DNA of 63,947 bases, counting the filler, from Phoronis australis (taxonomy: Eukaryota; Animalia; Phoronida): assembly GCA_002633005.1 (NCBI GenBank). It is 8 parts of 8 records of this genome, joined end to end, with 100 filler letters (N's around TTAATTAATTAA, not from the genome) between each part and the next. Parts side by side here need not be neighbours in the genome. Positions count along the whole stretch, not along the records: positions 1 to 23,359 come from NMRA01000236.1; positions 23,460 to 39,018 come from NMRA01000786.1; 6 more parts are not named here. One strand, 5' to 3'. Shown one piece after another: positions 13,564-24,684 of this stretch. Position 1 is the stretch's first letter, and every line of letters begins with the position of its first letter. The position numbers were made by a program, and so were the translations under genes. The notes beneath the pieces were generated by a model. The model had not been told where the DNA came from. It did no database searches and saw only the letters and a program-made list of their open reading frames with translations.

Positions 13564-14937
13564 CAGTACAGCCACAGAATTATTAAGACTCTCTCCGGTG
13601 TCTCTCCGGTCTAGCCACCCGTGACCGTAACCGGAGACAGACCGGAGAGTGAGACGTGAATCAACCGTGACAGCTGGCGTGAGCCTAAGCGTGACTGTAC
13701 CCGGAGCTTACCGTGAGTTAGGCGTGAACGAAGCGCGAGCCAGCCGTGAGCCAGGCGTGAGTTTACCTGCATCGCAGATGAAAAAATAATTTATTAAAAT
13801 TATATCAGTAACTAGCAGTGATGTGTGTATTCTCATAGGCTTTTGCTCATGTGAGGTTTATTTTTTTGAAATCGTCACGTTCAGCAAAAGACCAAAATTT
13901 CCTTCTCAAATCTTAAGTCACTTCAGGAAACAGACCTGTGGACTCTACTTTTCACTTATATTTATTTATTTGTTTTTTATATAAACTAATAAAGAATCTT
14001 TACACGCGTGTACATGGCGGAAATATTTAATTGCCTTCACGATATGAAGGAGCATAGCATGTCAATTCTGAGCACATTGATCCCAAGTTCCGGCTTCATG
14101 CGGAGAAAACTGATCGTGCCCATGCATTTGACGAGTCAAACAGATCACTGCTATTATTATTTTAGTGAAGAAGTACTCCGGGGATACTGTGAACTCAGTC
14201 GAAACGCATGTACTACGGTGAGGGGGCTACAAATAATTAAACTGCACTACGGATTGAGGTCTTTTTAGTCAAAACATTTGCTTGCAGTAAGGGATGGGTA
14301 TGTCAGAATGGCGGCCTATTGAAATTTTCTGTACGCCAGTGCGGTGCAAAAATTTACGGAGTGACACAATACTTCACAAGATGCGTAGGCTATTTTTAGG
14401 GCAAATTAACCAGCTGTGACAAGTTTCAAGGAGTCCACAGCCATGTAAAGACGACTCTGGACACAGGGTCGCGTATATTCGTATTTACTGACCGTGGTTA
14501 CTGTACATGTATGTCGTTGATGGGACTGGCTCTTGAGTCGTAAATAGAAAATGTACATATAACCGTAACACAAGATGAGCAACGCGTGGAATTGCAAAGT
14601 TAGTCGGAACCCAAGTGTGATAGACGACTAGTTGCAAAGATGCTCTATATAATACTATAATGTCTTTGCAACTTTTCCGAAACGACAGGCAATCAAGACG
14701 TTACATGTATTTTTATTGATTAGCCCGGTGCCCTACCATGGTTACCACAGGTACCGAAGGCGTAAAGAAAGCATGAGGAAAGCGTGAACTACACCGGAGG
14801 TAAGCGTGAGGACTACCCGGAGAGTAGGCGTGAGGCGACCGTGACTGATTTCTGTCACGCCTGCTTTCCGGTTGCGCTCCGGTCTGGCCAGGCGTGAGGT
14901 AGCCCGGACGAAGTCTAAAAATTCAGTGGCTGTACTG
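13564..14937. mobile_element. Non-autonomous Tc1/mariner-like DNA transposon
   Basis: About 26-bp TIRs CAGTACAGCCACAGAATTATTAAGACT / AGTCTAAAAATTCAGTGGCTGTACTG, TA on both flanks; subterminal GCGTGAG and ACCGGAG motif arrays. Confidence 0.85.
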
Positions 14938-15578
14938 TACGCTGTCGACGTCTGTTGCTGCAGATCAACCTTCTACTGTTACTTGTTCTGGTCGCGTTTC
15001 GCGCTTGCCAGTGCCTTTTCGTGGTTCTCCATCCACTTCGGATTTGACTTAGTCCTCCTCTTGGAGGGGGGGGGTACTATGGTGCCACCTATCAGTTATA
15101 ACGATTTGTCAAGTCACTGTTGTTTAGTCTCATTTTCAATTATTACGCCATCAAGTGTCTGCCACAACATAGTATTTTTTTCACTTATAATTGTGTTTCT
15201 GATTCCTGCAAGTACTGTCCAGCAGACCAGATTCAAGTAACAATAATACTATGCTATATTACGTTGCTATTAGAATACAAACAAGTTTTTAAAATATTAC
15301 AGAATTGTGCAGAGAGTTAAATTAACGTGTGTTGTCGTATGATGTTATACTAATGTCGCCAGAATCAAAAAGTTCTTGAAACCTATAGTCCTCTTACCGT
15401 ATCTCAGCACTTCAATTTCAGTTCAGAGATAATAGTTCTCCTCTTAAATCTTCAATCTTATTCTTCACCTTATTAACCCGTCGTATCACTGTATGTTATG
15501 GCCGCCATTCTACCTCTACAATTCCTGGCAACAGGCGCATTATAATCCCTTGTCGGCGAGTCATAACAAGCGTCGAAA

Positions 15579-16443
15579 GCAGTTGTGGGAAAAGTCGTGT
15601 GAGAAGTTTGTGCTGCCCTTATTTCGGTATGTGTGCCTACGTTTTGCTGGGTTTCCAAAAGACGAGGAGTGGAGGGAAGTTAAAAAAAATTCGCTTCCCT
15701 GTCAGGTACATTTGTCATCATAACTTAGTCATCTATAATTCCTCAATCCCCAAATGGAATTCCAGATTTTGTTTGCCGATTTCTAAGTAGACGTCTCGTC
15801 CCGTTCACTGCCACAGGTGAACTCTGAATGCTTGCACAAGTATTGTTTTTTTAACTCACGTGCCAAATGTCAACTCACTTAATACATCCCGGTAAAATAC
15901 AAAAATACAGTATCAAAGTTTGACATCAACGTAGGCCTACACAGCAATGGATTTATGTCAAGAATAAATTAGCAGCAGATATGTGATGTGATAAGCTGTT
16001 ACAAATTTCTTAAGACATTTTCGGGACTGGGTGAGGAACACAAGAAGTAAAGCTTAATAATTGCCAAATGTATCAAAAAAATGGTATAAGAATATTGAAA
16101 CTAAAAAATGAATAACAGTTACAGAACACTCAGAATTCCACGCTATAGACATACTCTTGTAGTTGTAGCGACAGCAGACGATAATGTAGGCCTAGTTCCT
16201 GGGATGGTCTATTCCAATAAGGAGCGATGAATCAGCGCGGCTTTGCGTGATTTTGCATTTCACATCATAAAAAGTTCCATAGCAACTCGAGTATAAGTGT
16301 CAGATTTGAGTACGTTTGGAGTCTACTCGAAATACGACATTAGATACGCTTTTTTAAATACGACTCCAGTGAGCACGATTTTGAGTATGAAATCTCGAGT
16401 ATGCGTATGAGTCTGAGTACGGAGATTGAAGACCGGGCCCTGG
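15579..16443 (+). repeat. Dispersed repeat, copy 1 (about 870 bp)
   Basis: High identity to 46870-47743, both ending at GACCGGGCCC(T/A)GG. Confidence 0.85.
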
Positions 16444-17434
16444 TCATCCAGTCAATTTGCATTTTTAAATGTCTGTAATCGACACAAACAACAAGAGCAT
16501 ACTAGACCGACAGGGAAGGTCTAAGCTATTGAGGTGTGGGCAAAATATCAAACAAAAAACGGAAGACAAAACTAACACAACGAATATGTCGCCGCCTTGA
16601 CACGACAAAATGCGTCATTTTTATAACTGTCGTTCTCCATTTGAAGAGAAAGGCAATTTACACAATGCGTACTTATTTACAGCTTTTCGTAATTAATTAC
16701 TCGTCGTCTACTCCGGAAGTTACGTTTTGGGAGGCAAGAATCTCGCGCCAATTTCTTTTCATATAGTCTGACTGTGAGAGCAGTCGAGTCGGTCATTGTT
16801 CCACCTCGGTTGTGATAAGTTCGGTCGTCGTTTTCTTTTGTTTACGAGTCAGTCAACATGCCACGTTGTTGCTGCCTATCGAGTTGACAATGCCATAATT
16901 AGGTAATATGAACGGGATATAATTCGTCTGAAAATTGTAGAAGCATAATAAAAACAGAATCTCCTGACATAAATTCCCAACATACTGGGCTCCATCGTAC
17001 GTTGTCATTATAAAACAATGTTCATATTTTGTAGTATCTATATATTTCATTTAGTTTTACAACATGACATAGTAGCTTAGTTCCCATGACAATTCCTTCT
17101 GAAAATTGCGCTCTTTTATACACTACCTTATATTCGTATTTAAAGTCATTGTTCTTGTTTCATGTATCATACACCGTAGCGTTTATAATTTTACAATTAT
17201 TTGCCTGGATGACTAAAGACTAGAAATACAGCAACTGTTTCACTCACAGGCGCTCGGATTTCCAGATCACTCATAACCATATATAAGAAACATGTAGTAG
17301 TGAGTGACGTCATTTGCGATCAAGGAACAGATAAACCCAAGCGCCTGTGATTTCACAACGATATGTTTTGTAAATACACAAAACATACCGAGCGTGGCGT
17401 ACATGAAATAATATCCCACGAGACATTATTCCGC

Positions 17435-19510
17435 GTATCGCCCGGGGCAAAACGCCATTTCACAGGGGGCAAGAAGCCTGTCATGGGCGTTATGCCCCAT
17501 GTCTGATTGACACAGTACCCCAAGTATGCACAGTTCAATAAACTTTCTATAAAAGTTTAAAAATATCAATTTTATGTGTGGTTAAGTCGTGTTAAGTTCA
17601 GTAAAATGTCAATCTTCAAGTACTGCATGCTAACAAGCCGGTGTATTTATAGAAAAACGCACATCATATTAAATGCGCATTACTTTATTCAACAAACCAC
17701 AACAACTAGCTGATCTATCAAATTGATCGCGACACAGTAACAGTTATAATTATTCGCAGGTGGGACACACGAAGATGGGCAGACCAGGTGTGCAGGCCTC
17801 ATGTGCCCAGTTGTGACACTTCTGGCACTGCAGCCACACTTCCCGAGGTCTTGAACAACTGTATGACTCTCCGCACACAAGACACATCTCGTCATCCTCT
17901 TGGGGTTTACATTTGTGGGCCTTTTTCTGTGCTTTTTTCTTCGCTGACTGCGATGTCTTCTTCGCCTTTTTTCCTCTAACTTTCTCTTGTAGGGTGATGA
18001 AGTGATGACAGCCGCTGTTTCTGCCCTCGACGTCGAGTGCCGAGATGAGCTCGGCAATGGCGACAGTTGTCTTATGATGGCTTCGATTTCCTCCTGCTCT
18101 AGAACTGTCTTGTCCTGCAGAACACTTGTATAGTGACCAAGTACATCGTCACCAATCCTTGTAAATCGTACAATGAGGGGCTCCTTCTCAAGCGTTCCGA
18201 TTCCGTATTGTGCGATAACAGCGTCGCAAGAATGTAGCACGATGATAGTGTTTTCAATCACTTTGCTTAATGCCGCCAACTCTAGTTCTCCTGGCACACA
18301 CGTCGGTCAGCCATGGCAGCTATGCGTTCTTTCATCGAGTTGTATCGCAGTTCCCTCGGTAGGTTCCCATTAATTACCTCCGTATCCAACCCCTCGTATT
18401 CATTGATGTTCTGGTACATGTAAGTGATCACTTTCCCTCTCGGGCAATCAGCTTGGGTGTTCTCATATAAATCCATGAGAGGATCTAGCGGTCGTCCATG
18501 CTGATCTCTCTCCGCATCTTGGAGATGCTGCATTGCCTCTACATGTGTTTTAAGCTTTATTTCGACCATAACAGGGAATCTTCCAAACTTTAATGTGCCC
18601 GGTTCATCCACGCGACTGTCCCGGTGACGCCGGAGGGTCAGTCGGGTCGGAACTCCGAAGTCTTTGCTAGCCCTGAACAGAGGGACTTCTTCAACTACTG
18701 CCTTTAGCGCTGCTTGTAACATTTCTGCACCATACTTTTCCCTTTCTGTTTTCCTTTTATACTTTCGTACCATCTCTAAAACCAAAATACCGAATTTCTA
18801 ATATCATCCAGATCTTTAAGTCGGTAACATTTAGATATTCTCTTTAAATTTCTAAAAAAAACACGCATCAAACAAAGTTACACAATGTTGGACCTAATCT
18901 TTTTTACCCATCCCTTCACCCGTTAGCGTTATTTATAAGTGTGCCAAGTAAATGAAAACAGTAATCATATCATTGAAATGCGAAAAAATCGTTTTTTAAA
19001 ATTCAAGTACGTTGTTTAAAGGCAGAGCACACTTCGACTGACAGAATTCTAAGTGTAGGACAAAACGCCCACTGCACTGGGGCAAAAGGCTCATGCAGGC
19101 GTCTTGCCCCACAAGCATGGAGGCCTCTTGCCCCCAGTGAACAGCCTTCTATTTTTTATCAAAATATCGTACAAGAAAGGGAAATAAGTCAAAGTAAAAG
19201 ACTCTAACAACACCTTAATGCACTGATTTAGCAGAAAGAATCATCTGAACTTTCAGTTATTATTAGTAACGCATACGACACTAAAAGTAACGATGTGTCG
19301 TTTTTACAAGAAAACCAAGAAAACCAATGTAAACAAAGAAGCATAGCTCATAAACATACCGTTGAAGTGTGAGTTCCAAAAACATGTCAGCAGACGATCG
19401 TGTGAAACCGGAAGACGTAATGCATCACGTGACTGCCTACGTTGTATAATTCCCGACTTATAGGGGTTAGGCGTTTGATCCCGTGTAGGCTTTTTGCCCC
19501 ATGTTACTCT
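17435..19510 (-). mobile_element. Internally deleted pogo-like DNA transposon: HTH_psq, OTU-like half-domain and PHD finger
   Basis: N-terminus MVRKYKRKTEREKYGAEMLQAALKAV..LFRASKDFGVP..TLRRH (pogo/CENP-B HTH); C-terminal LSPLP...AAVITSSPYKRKLEEK; PHD CLVCGESY...WLQCQKCHNWAHEAC...FVCPTCE*; GGGGCAAAA(A/C)GCC motifs near both ends; no DDE core; left boundary approximate. Confidence 0.75.
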
Positions 19511-19525
19511 ACGTTGACGTCTTAC

Positions 19526-19715
19526 CATGTTTGTACAACTGACTAATGTTGGGCACGACCTGTTGAGTTGGGAGTTCTTCAATCTTCTTTGATATTATTC
19601 GTGCCACTAAAGTGAATGCGGATTTCGTATAAAACGTTCCTGGCTCAGATATCACTCGTACTCCAGAAGATGGCGGAAAGTGCTGTTGCAAACACTCTCG
19701 TATTGTTTGGAAGAT
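19526..19715 (-). CDS. ODC/AZIN-like gene, internal exon
   Basis: IFQTIRECLQQHFPPSSGVRVISEPGTFYTKSAFTLVARIISKKIEE..., matching ODC [32 protein letters not shown]; acceptor cttttag, donor gtaaga; phase 0 to 1. Confidence 0.92.
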
Positions 19716-20377
19716 CTAAAAGTGAAAAGAAACACGACTCAGGCAACCAGATTTCTAAACTTTCTGAGCCCCAATTTGACGAAATTAAACTGTTATCGTG
19801 AATGATACATCGAAACGAATCATTATCCTTGATCCGGGTACAAATAATCCCCGGAACTAGTTGCCTGTGCGTGTTGTCATGGTTTGAGCCAGTCAATGTG
19901 TGACTAATTTCAGCAATGGTTGTGGTCGATGATGATTGACAGAAAGCACTAACAGGGAGTTTGTTTATATCTGAAACACGCCATCGTCGTACATTCGAAT
20001 ATAAGCTCACTACCTTACAGTCGGAAATGTTGCATTTTCCAATGATCCCTGGAAACTAAGCGAACCATGGCTTGCACCGTATACTTTTACAGAAGCCGGG
20101 GGATTAGCAACCCGGAAATTGATAAACGACAGGACCTTTTTACCAGAAATTGAACTCGAAAATATATTTGACATTTACCGTTTTCATTTTATAGGAACCC
20201 AAGAAAATTACTTATTATCCAGTACATTATGGATTACGTAAACCACTGTTTCATAGGATCGAACTACAAATTCAAATAAAAACTCAGATTTTGAGTTCAG
20301 ACGCTAAAATAGGATTACACAGCCATCCACGTAAACCACAATATACTCGAGCACCGACACTTAATCTTGAGAAGACA

Positions 20378-20520
20378 GTGTGGCTCAGTGGTTTGAGCTC
20401 CGGACTCCCGTTTGAAAGACACGGGTTCAAATTCTGGCTTTACTTCTGGCCTTGAACAAAGGTGTCTCTTACTCCTCTGAGCTCGGTCTTACTAATGAAT
20501 GTATGCAAGGGAAAGGATGA
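20378..20520 (+). mobile_element. tRNA-derived SINE
   Basis: A-box TGGCTCAGTGG and B-box GGTTCAAATTC with tRNA-like spacing, followed by CCTTGAACAAAG; not a valid tRNA. Confidence 0.6.
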
Positions 20521-21136
20521 GAACCTGGATATAATGCGAAAGCGATTTCTGTGGCTGTGCCAAACCTCTTGAGTTCATAGCAAAGGAGAACCGAAAATGT
20601 TAAAAATAATTTCGAGTTTGGTCGTTCGTAAAACGATTACATCTCGAGGGGTGATACTGTGACGATAAGACACGACCTTAAACCAGACGATTAACAAAGG
20701 CATTGCAAACATTATTTTCGCCAAGTGTGAAAGTTAAAAAGCCACCCTGACGTTTCTGTCCATTTCAATTGTGCACGCAGCTATTTAGCGAATAACGAAC
20801 TGCTACTTCTTTGCAAGCTCAAACGCCACTTCACGTCTAAAAACCAAAACAAATTGATACCAATTTTGTAGCGGGAAATGGTCTAAATCAAAAGCTCAAA
20901 TATGCAATTTTAATTTAAAATCACACACGTATAGACCGAAACCGTTCTATATTCTGCATGTTCTGAAAGTTTGCAAGACCACCGTAGCTTGAGTAAAAGC
21001 GTGTAAACATCATCGTAACAACCATATGAGCTACAAAAAGTAATCGGTTTCCACCGATTCTGGATGGCTAAGACTCCCGAAGCAAGTCGAGCCCCTGTGT
21101 CAATCAAAGAACGAAAGAAAGTATGAATTACATTAC

Positions 21137-21302
21137 TTGTAAGATAACAGGTTTTTCGTCTTCAGTGCCAGGTACTCCACCGCCGATATCCAGCAACGTC
21201 ATCTTATAACCACGTGCTTCCGCCTGATGGAACAATTGCTTTGACTGTGCAATTGCGTGGCGCCACATCAGAGGTTCCTGGCAACAGGAGCCCACATGGA
21301 AG
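21137..21302 (-). CDS. ODC/antizyme-inhibitor-like PLP decarboxylase, internal exon (first exon visible)
   Basis: Encodes (S)FHVGSCCQEPLMWRHAIAQSKQLFHQAEARGYKMTLLDIGGGVPGTEDEKPVILQ, matching ODC FHVGSGC and LLDIGGGFPG motifs; acceptor tttcag, donor gtaatg; phase 2 to 0. Confidence 0.92.
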
Positions 21303-22957
21303 CTGAAATATTGGCAATTATATCTTCTCAGCTTATATGACCACAATCTCTTCATATAGATATGTTGCGGCTGGAAGCTCTTACAAATGGGGTTCGAAAC
21401 CGGCCTCGGTTTCCCATCAAAAGGTTATTCTACGAGGGTTGAATATCTAAATGGGTTATATAACGGTTACATTGGCCATGCAAGGCTTATAATGTGGTAT
21501 AAAGTGTTTCATTTTGCTGTAAACATCAAATTAACAACAAAAAATATATACGTGTTTCAACCCTCCTCACCAACACACGCACCTACAGACTATATCTATG
21601 GCTTAGTAGGGTGTAACGAATCGACTCATAATTTTTAAATAAACTCCTTACATTCCTGGTTATCTTATAGTACTTACATAAAATTGCTTAGTTTCAACAA
21701 CCCTTTCCTTAAAGCCTATCTTGAATGGTAACACCTGTAAATTTGGTTCCTACGGCATGTTAAGAGCATCGCTCCGAGTCCCCTAGAGCCATAAATTGCA
21801 AAATGTAACGTACTGTTCGGCGTATTGGCTTGCTTTTGTCTACGTCACCCCGAGAATCGCCTTTTAATTCAAACAGCTGCGAATGAACACCCGCAAGCAA
21901 TGGTGTTCTATTGAGACCCCTATTAGGCGGTGGGCCAGATCGCACAGCATTCATTGTTGTGAGTACTTTGGGGGCGGGACAACCTAGTTTTATCCATGTG
22001 GCTAGATAATACACCTATAAATCAAATTCCAAAAAGTTCCCACGTCTACGCAAATATTCCTGCCACTTAGTGTCGCCTTTCTATTAAATTGACCAACCAG
22101 AGAGCCAGATTGTATTGTTGTGCTTAGTAACTTCAATATGGCAGCTCCCATGAAGTGTGATGCCTGTATAATTCAAGGTTTATCAAAGAGCACTAAATTG
22201 TGATACCAGAACTTGAAGAAGCTTAGAGAAGCATCCTGACGAAAGCTCTTTGGATCAGTGTAGATCGAAAAGAAGAAGAGGTGTCACAAACGTTTGTACA
22301 TAAAACAGCTGCATGTCCTGCTAAGTCCTATACTGCTGTAGAGTCACTAGAAGACAAGTGTCAGATAAGTAATTGGATACTTCTTTGACAAGTCAACCCT
22401 ATATACCGGACCGCCAACTTCTCCAACCCCGTTATTTTGTTTTATTTTTGTATTAAAAAGGTGAATTTTATCTGTTGATTTAGTCGTAGAAAGTACATAC
22501 TATGATCATTGTCATGTATTTGTCTCATACTGTTTGCTAAACGCTGTCAGAATAATCTATTACTTTCATACAGTCTGTGTGCACATTCACAGAGATCATT
22601 CAACTATATTGTTTTTGCATAAGGTATTTCTGGTGTATTATGCTAACAAGCTATATTTTACACCATTAGTCAATGGTTCAGTCATTGAGACACAGATTTT
22701 GCCCAGCATAAGTGTTCTGTGTTGTTTTTCTTGCCAGACAATGCCAGAATAATCTCCTGGTAACACTCAGACCTAGTTCGCGTTTCTGCTATTAGGTGCC
22801 ACTTTACATTTTTCAAATTTCACTGTTTACAACTAGTCTACAATATTGAAACATGTAATGTGAGTGTATTATTGTTCATTGATGGGACCATTTTACTTGT
22901 TTTACAAAAAAAGAGAGCAAAACTGTTGTTTTTACAAATATAAATTCTCTAAGCTCT

Positions 22958-23359
22958 TTGGTGCTAGAAAATCACCAAAGTAAAAGAAGACTTGAGATAC
23001 CGTCAAATTTAACATCGGCTGAATGGCTAACAATTGATTGCGACTTAGCCTTCAAACTGCAACCATTTATGAATTATCCCTCAATCGAGGAAAAAGCGAA
23101 GATGTTTGACATTACAATCTACGACTATCTAGTAAAACAGTGGGGTGTAAAAAAAGAATCGAACAAGAAAAACTCAGAAACATCCAATCGTAAGAAACTA
23201 CCAAGATCGCTGAGGAAAATAACAAAATTGAAGAATGAAGCGAAAATAATGATGAAACATAATGAGTCACAAGATTTGGGTGAAAGAAAGAGAACATATT
23301 TTCAACTCACTAGACTCCACAATAAAATCGTTAAATTGCAACGTTTACAAGAAGAGATG
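22958..23359 (+). mobile_element. Hero/R2-like non-LTR retrotransposon ORF fragment (pre-RT region), running into a gap
   Basis: RRLEIPS..AEWLTIDCDL...IYDYLVKQWGVKKE..NRKK..LRKI..LK..L..L resembles the region upstream of RT in RLE-type LINEs; family assignment is from recalled motif patterns. Confidence 0.5.
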
Positions 23360-23459
23360 NNNNNNNNNNNNNNNNNNNNNNNNNNNNNNNNNNNNNNNNN
23401 NNNTTAATTAATTAANNNNNNNNNNNNNNNNNNNNNNNNNNNNNNNNNNNNNNNNNNNN
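23360..23459. other. Scaffold gap with TTAATTAATTAA linker (also 39019-39118, 46770-46869, 54661-54760, 56955-57054, 58797-58896, 62711-62810)
   Basis: N44-TTAATTAATTAA-N44, identical in all seven gaps. Confidence 0.97.
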
Positions 23460-24684
23460 CGCTATTGTGTTTTTGTGTTTGCAGCACAGGCCCGAAAGTT
23501 GCGGCAGCCAAGAGGAGGGTGGGCCTCCTCCCCCCCTCCCATAAATCCGCCTATGTTACACCACATATTCACCTGGGTTATAAGTGTAAACAATTTCTAA
23601 CTGTCTCAAGTACTGTCCACAGAAATTGCCGGTCCTAAATTAGAAAAGTTTGGCGTCCAACAATGCTTTTTAGAAATCCACAAGGACCATCTATTTTAAA
23701 CGAAATTTACACGCCTTTCTTGGCACCAAATGGTAGTGCAAATTAGTTCCATTCAACAGTTGGGTAAGTGATAGCAAACACTGGTAAAAAAATTGTTCCT
23801 ATAAAATTCCAATTCTCCCTCTAAGAAAATTAAACATCGGTGACTTTTCTCAGGGGGTTTACCCGAGGATACTACAAAATGCATTAAGCCAGCGATTTCA
23901 ATGCTTAAGTACATTACTTGTTTTTTTTAAAAGGATGCTTCTTGTAATCATTCTTTACGCCCCACGCTCTCACAAAAAATAGTCTCTTACTTGTGAATTT
24001 AAAGTTTCAATACTTCAAGTACATCCCAGATCAGCTGAACTGCACAAGTATACCCCAACGATGGCACGTGGCCACAGGTGCAAAAATAGCACCCAGTCCG
24101 ATCAATCGTGTAATAGTTGCAAGTCAACTGAGACAAGAAAGAGATTTGTAATGTAAAAACAGATACCGAAGGAGTCAATAGATTTAAAGCTTCAGGTAGT
24201 AATGTCTCTGATTTAGTGATGGAAAAAGTAACCAATGATTTAAATTAAATTTCAACGAACACTGTTTCTGATAAAGTTTTAAAAATCTTGTTAAAATTAT
24301 TCTATTGGCGCGGAACTCATATATTTAGGCAACAGAGGTATATATTGTAAGTTTTTGTGAAGTTTTGAAATATATTTCCTTGATAATTGAAAATCAATGC
24401 CAAATTAGAAAGAGATTGTTTTCCCGGCGAAGAGTCACGGCAATTCAAGGCCACTTTGCCTGTTAGTGTGTCCGCCGGGGGCAGCAAAACAAGCACAGGG
24501 TCGCATTATTGCAAGTGACGTGTGGAGCTCACTGTTTTTGAGATAAAATTTTTTTTGAAATATTGCCGTATGTTTCCAAGCAACAGTCGATAGAATGCAC
24601 AAACCATCGCGTATTTTATAATCATTGACTGTATCCCATAAACATGTCGTGAACACATCCACTAAAACAAGAAACTGTAGGAAC

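Larger units (their letters stand above)
11900..15075 (+). mobile_element. Degenerate Ty3/Gypsy integrase and 3' end, split by two DNA-element insertions
   Basis: PEDITSDCGAQFTS...TTAYHPHANGMIVRFHR (rve core, 11908-12240); HDAHRHPLQRPYDGPYRI...VSVHRLKAAY (GPY motif, 13320-13460); TCSGRVSRLP tail then polypurine tract GGAGGGGGGGGG at about 15063. Confidence 0.8.

Noticed and set aside
20378-20445. tRNA genes (also 3205, 13035, 56782)
   Set aside because: A/B boxes are present but the stems do not form a cloverleaf; these are SINE-derived.
21760-22014. IKLGC as a possible ODC KFGA exon
   Set aside because: No continuation to the VGVS motif and no phase-compatible donor.
22138-22330. THAP-like ORF start
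   Set aside because: Too degenerate to support a call.
23404-23415. Recurrent TTAATTAATTAA palindrome
   Set aside because: Artificial all-frame-stop linker embedded in N runs.
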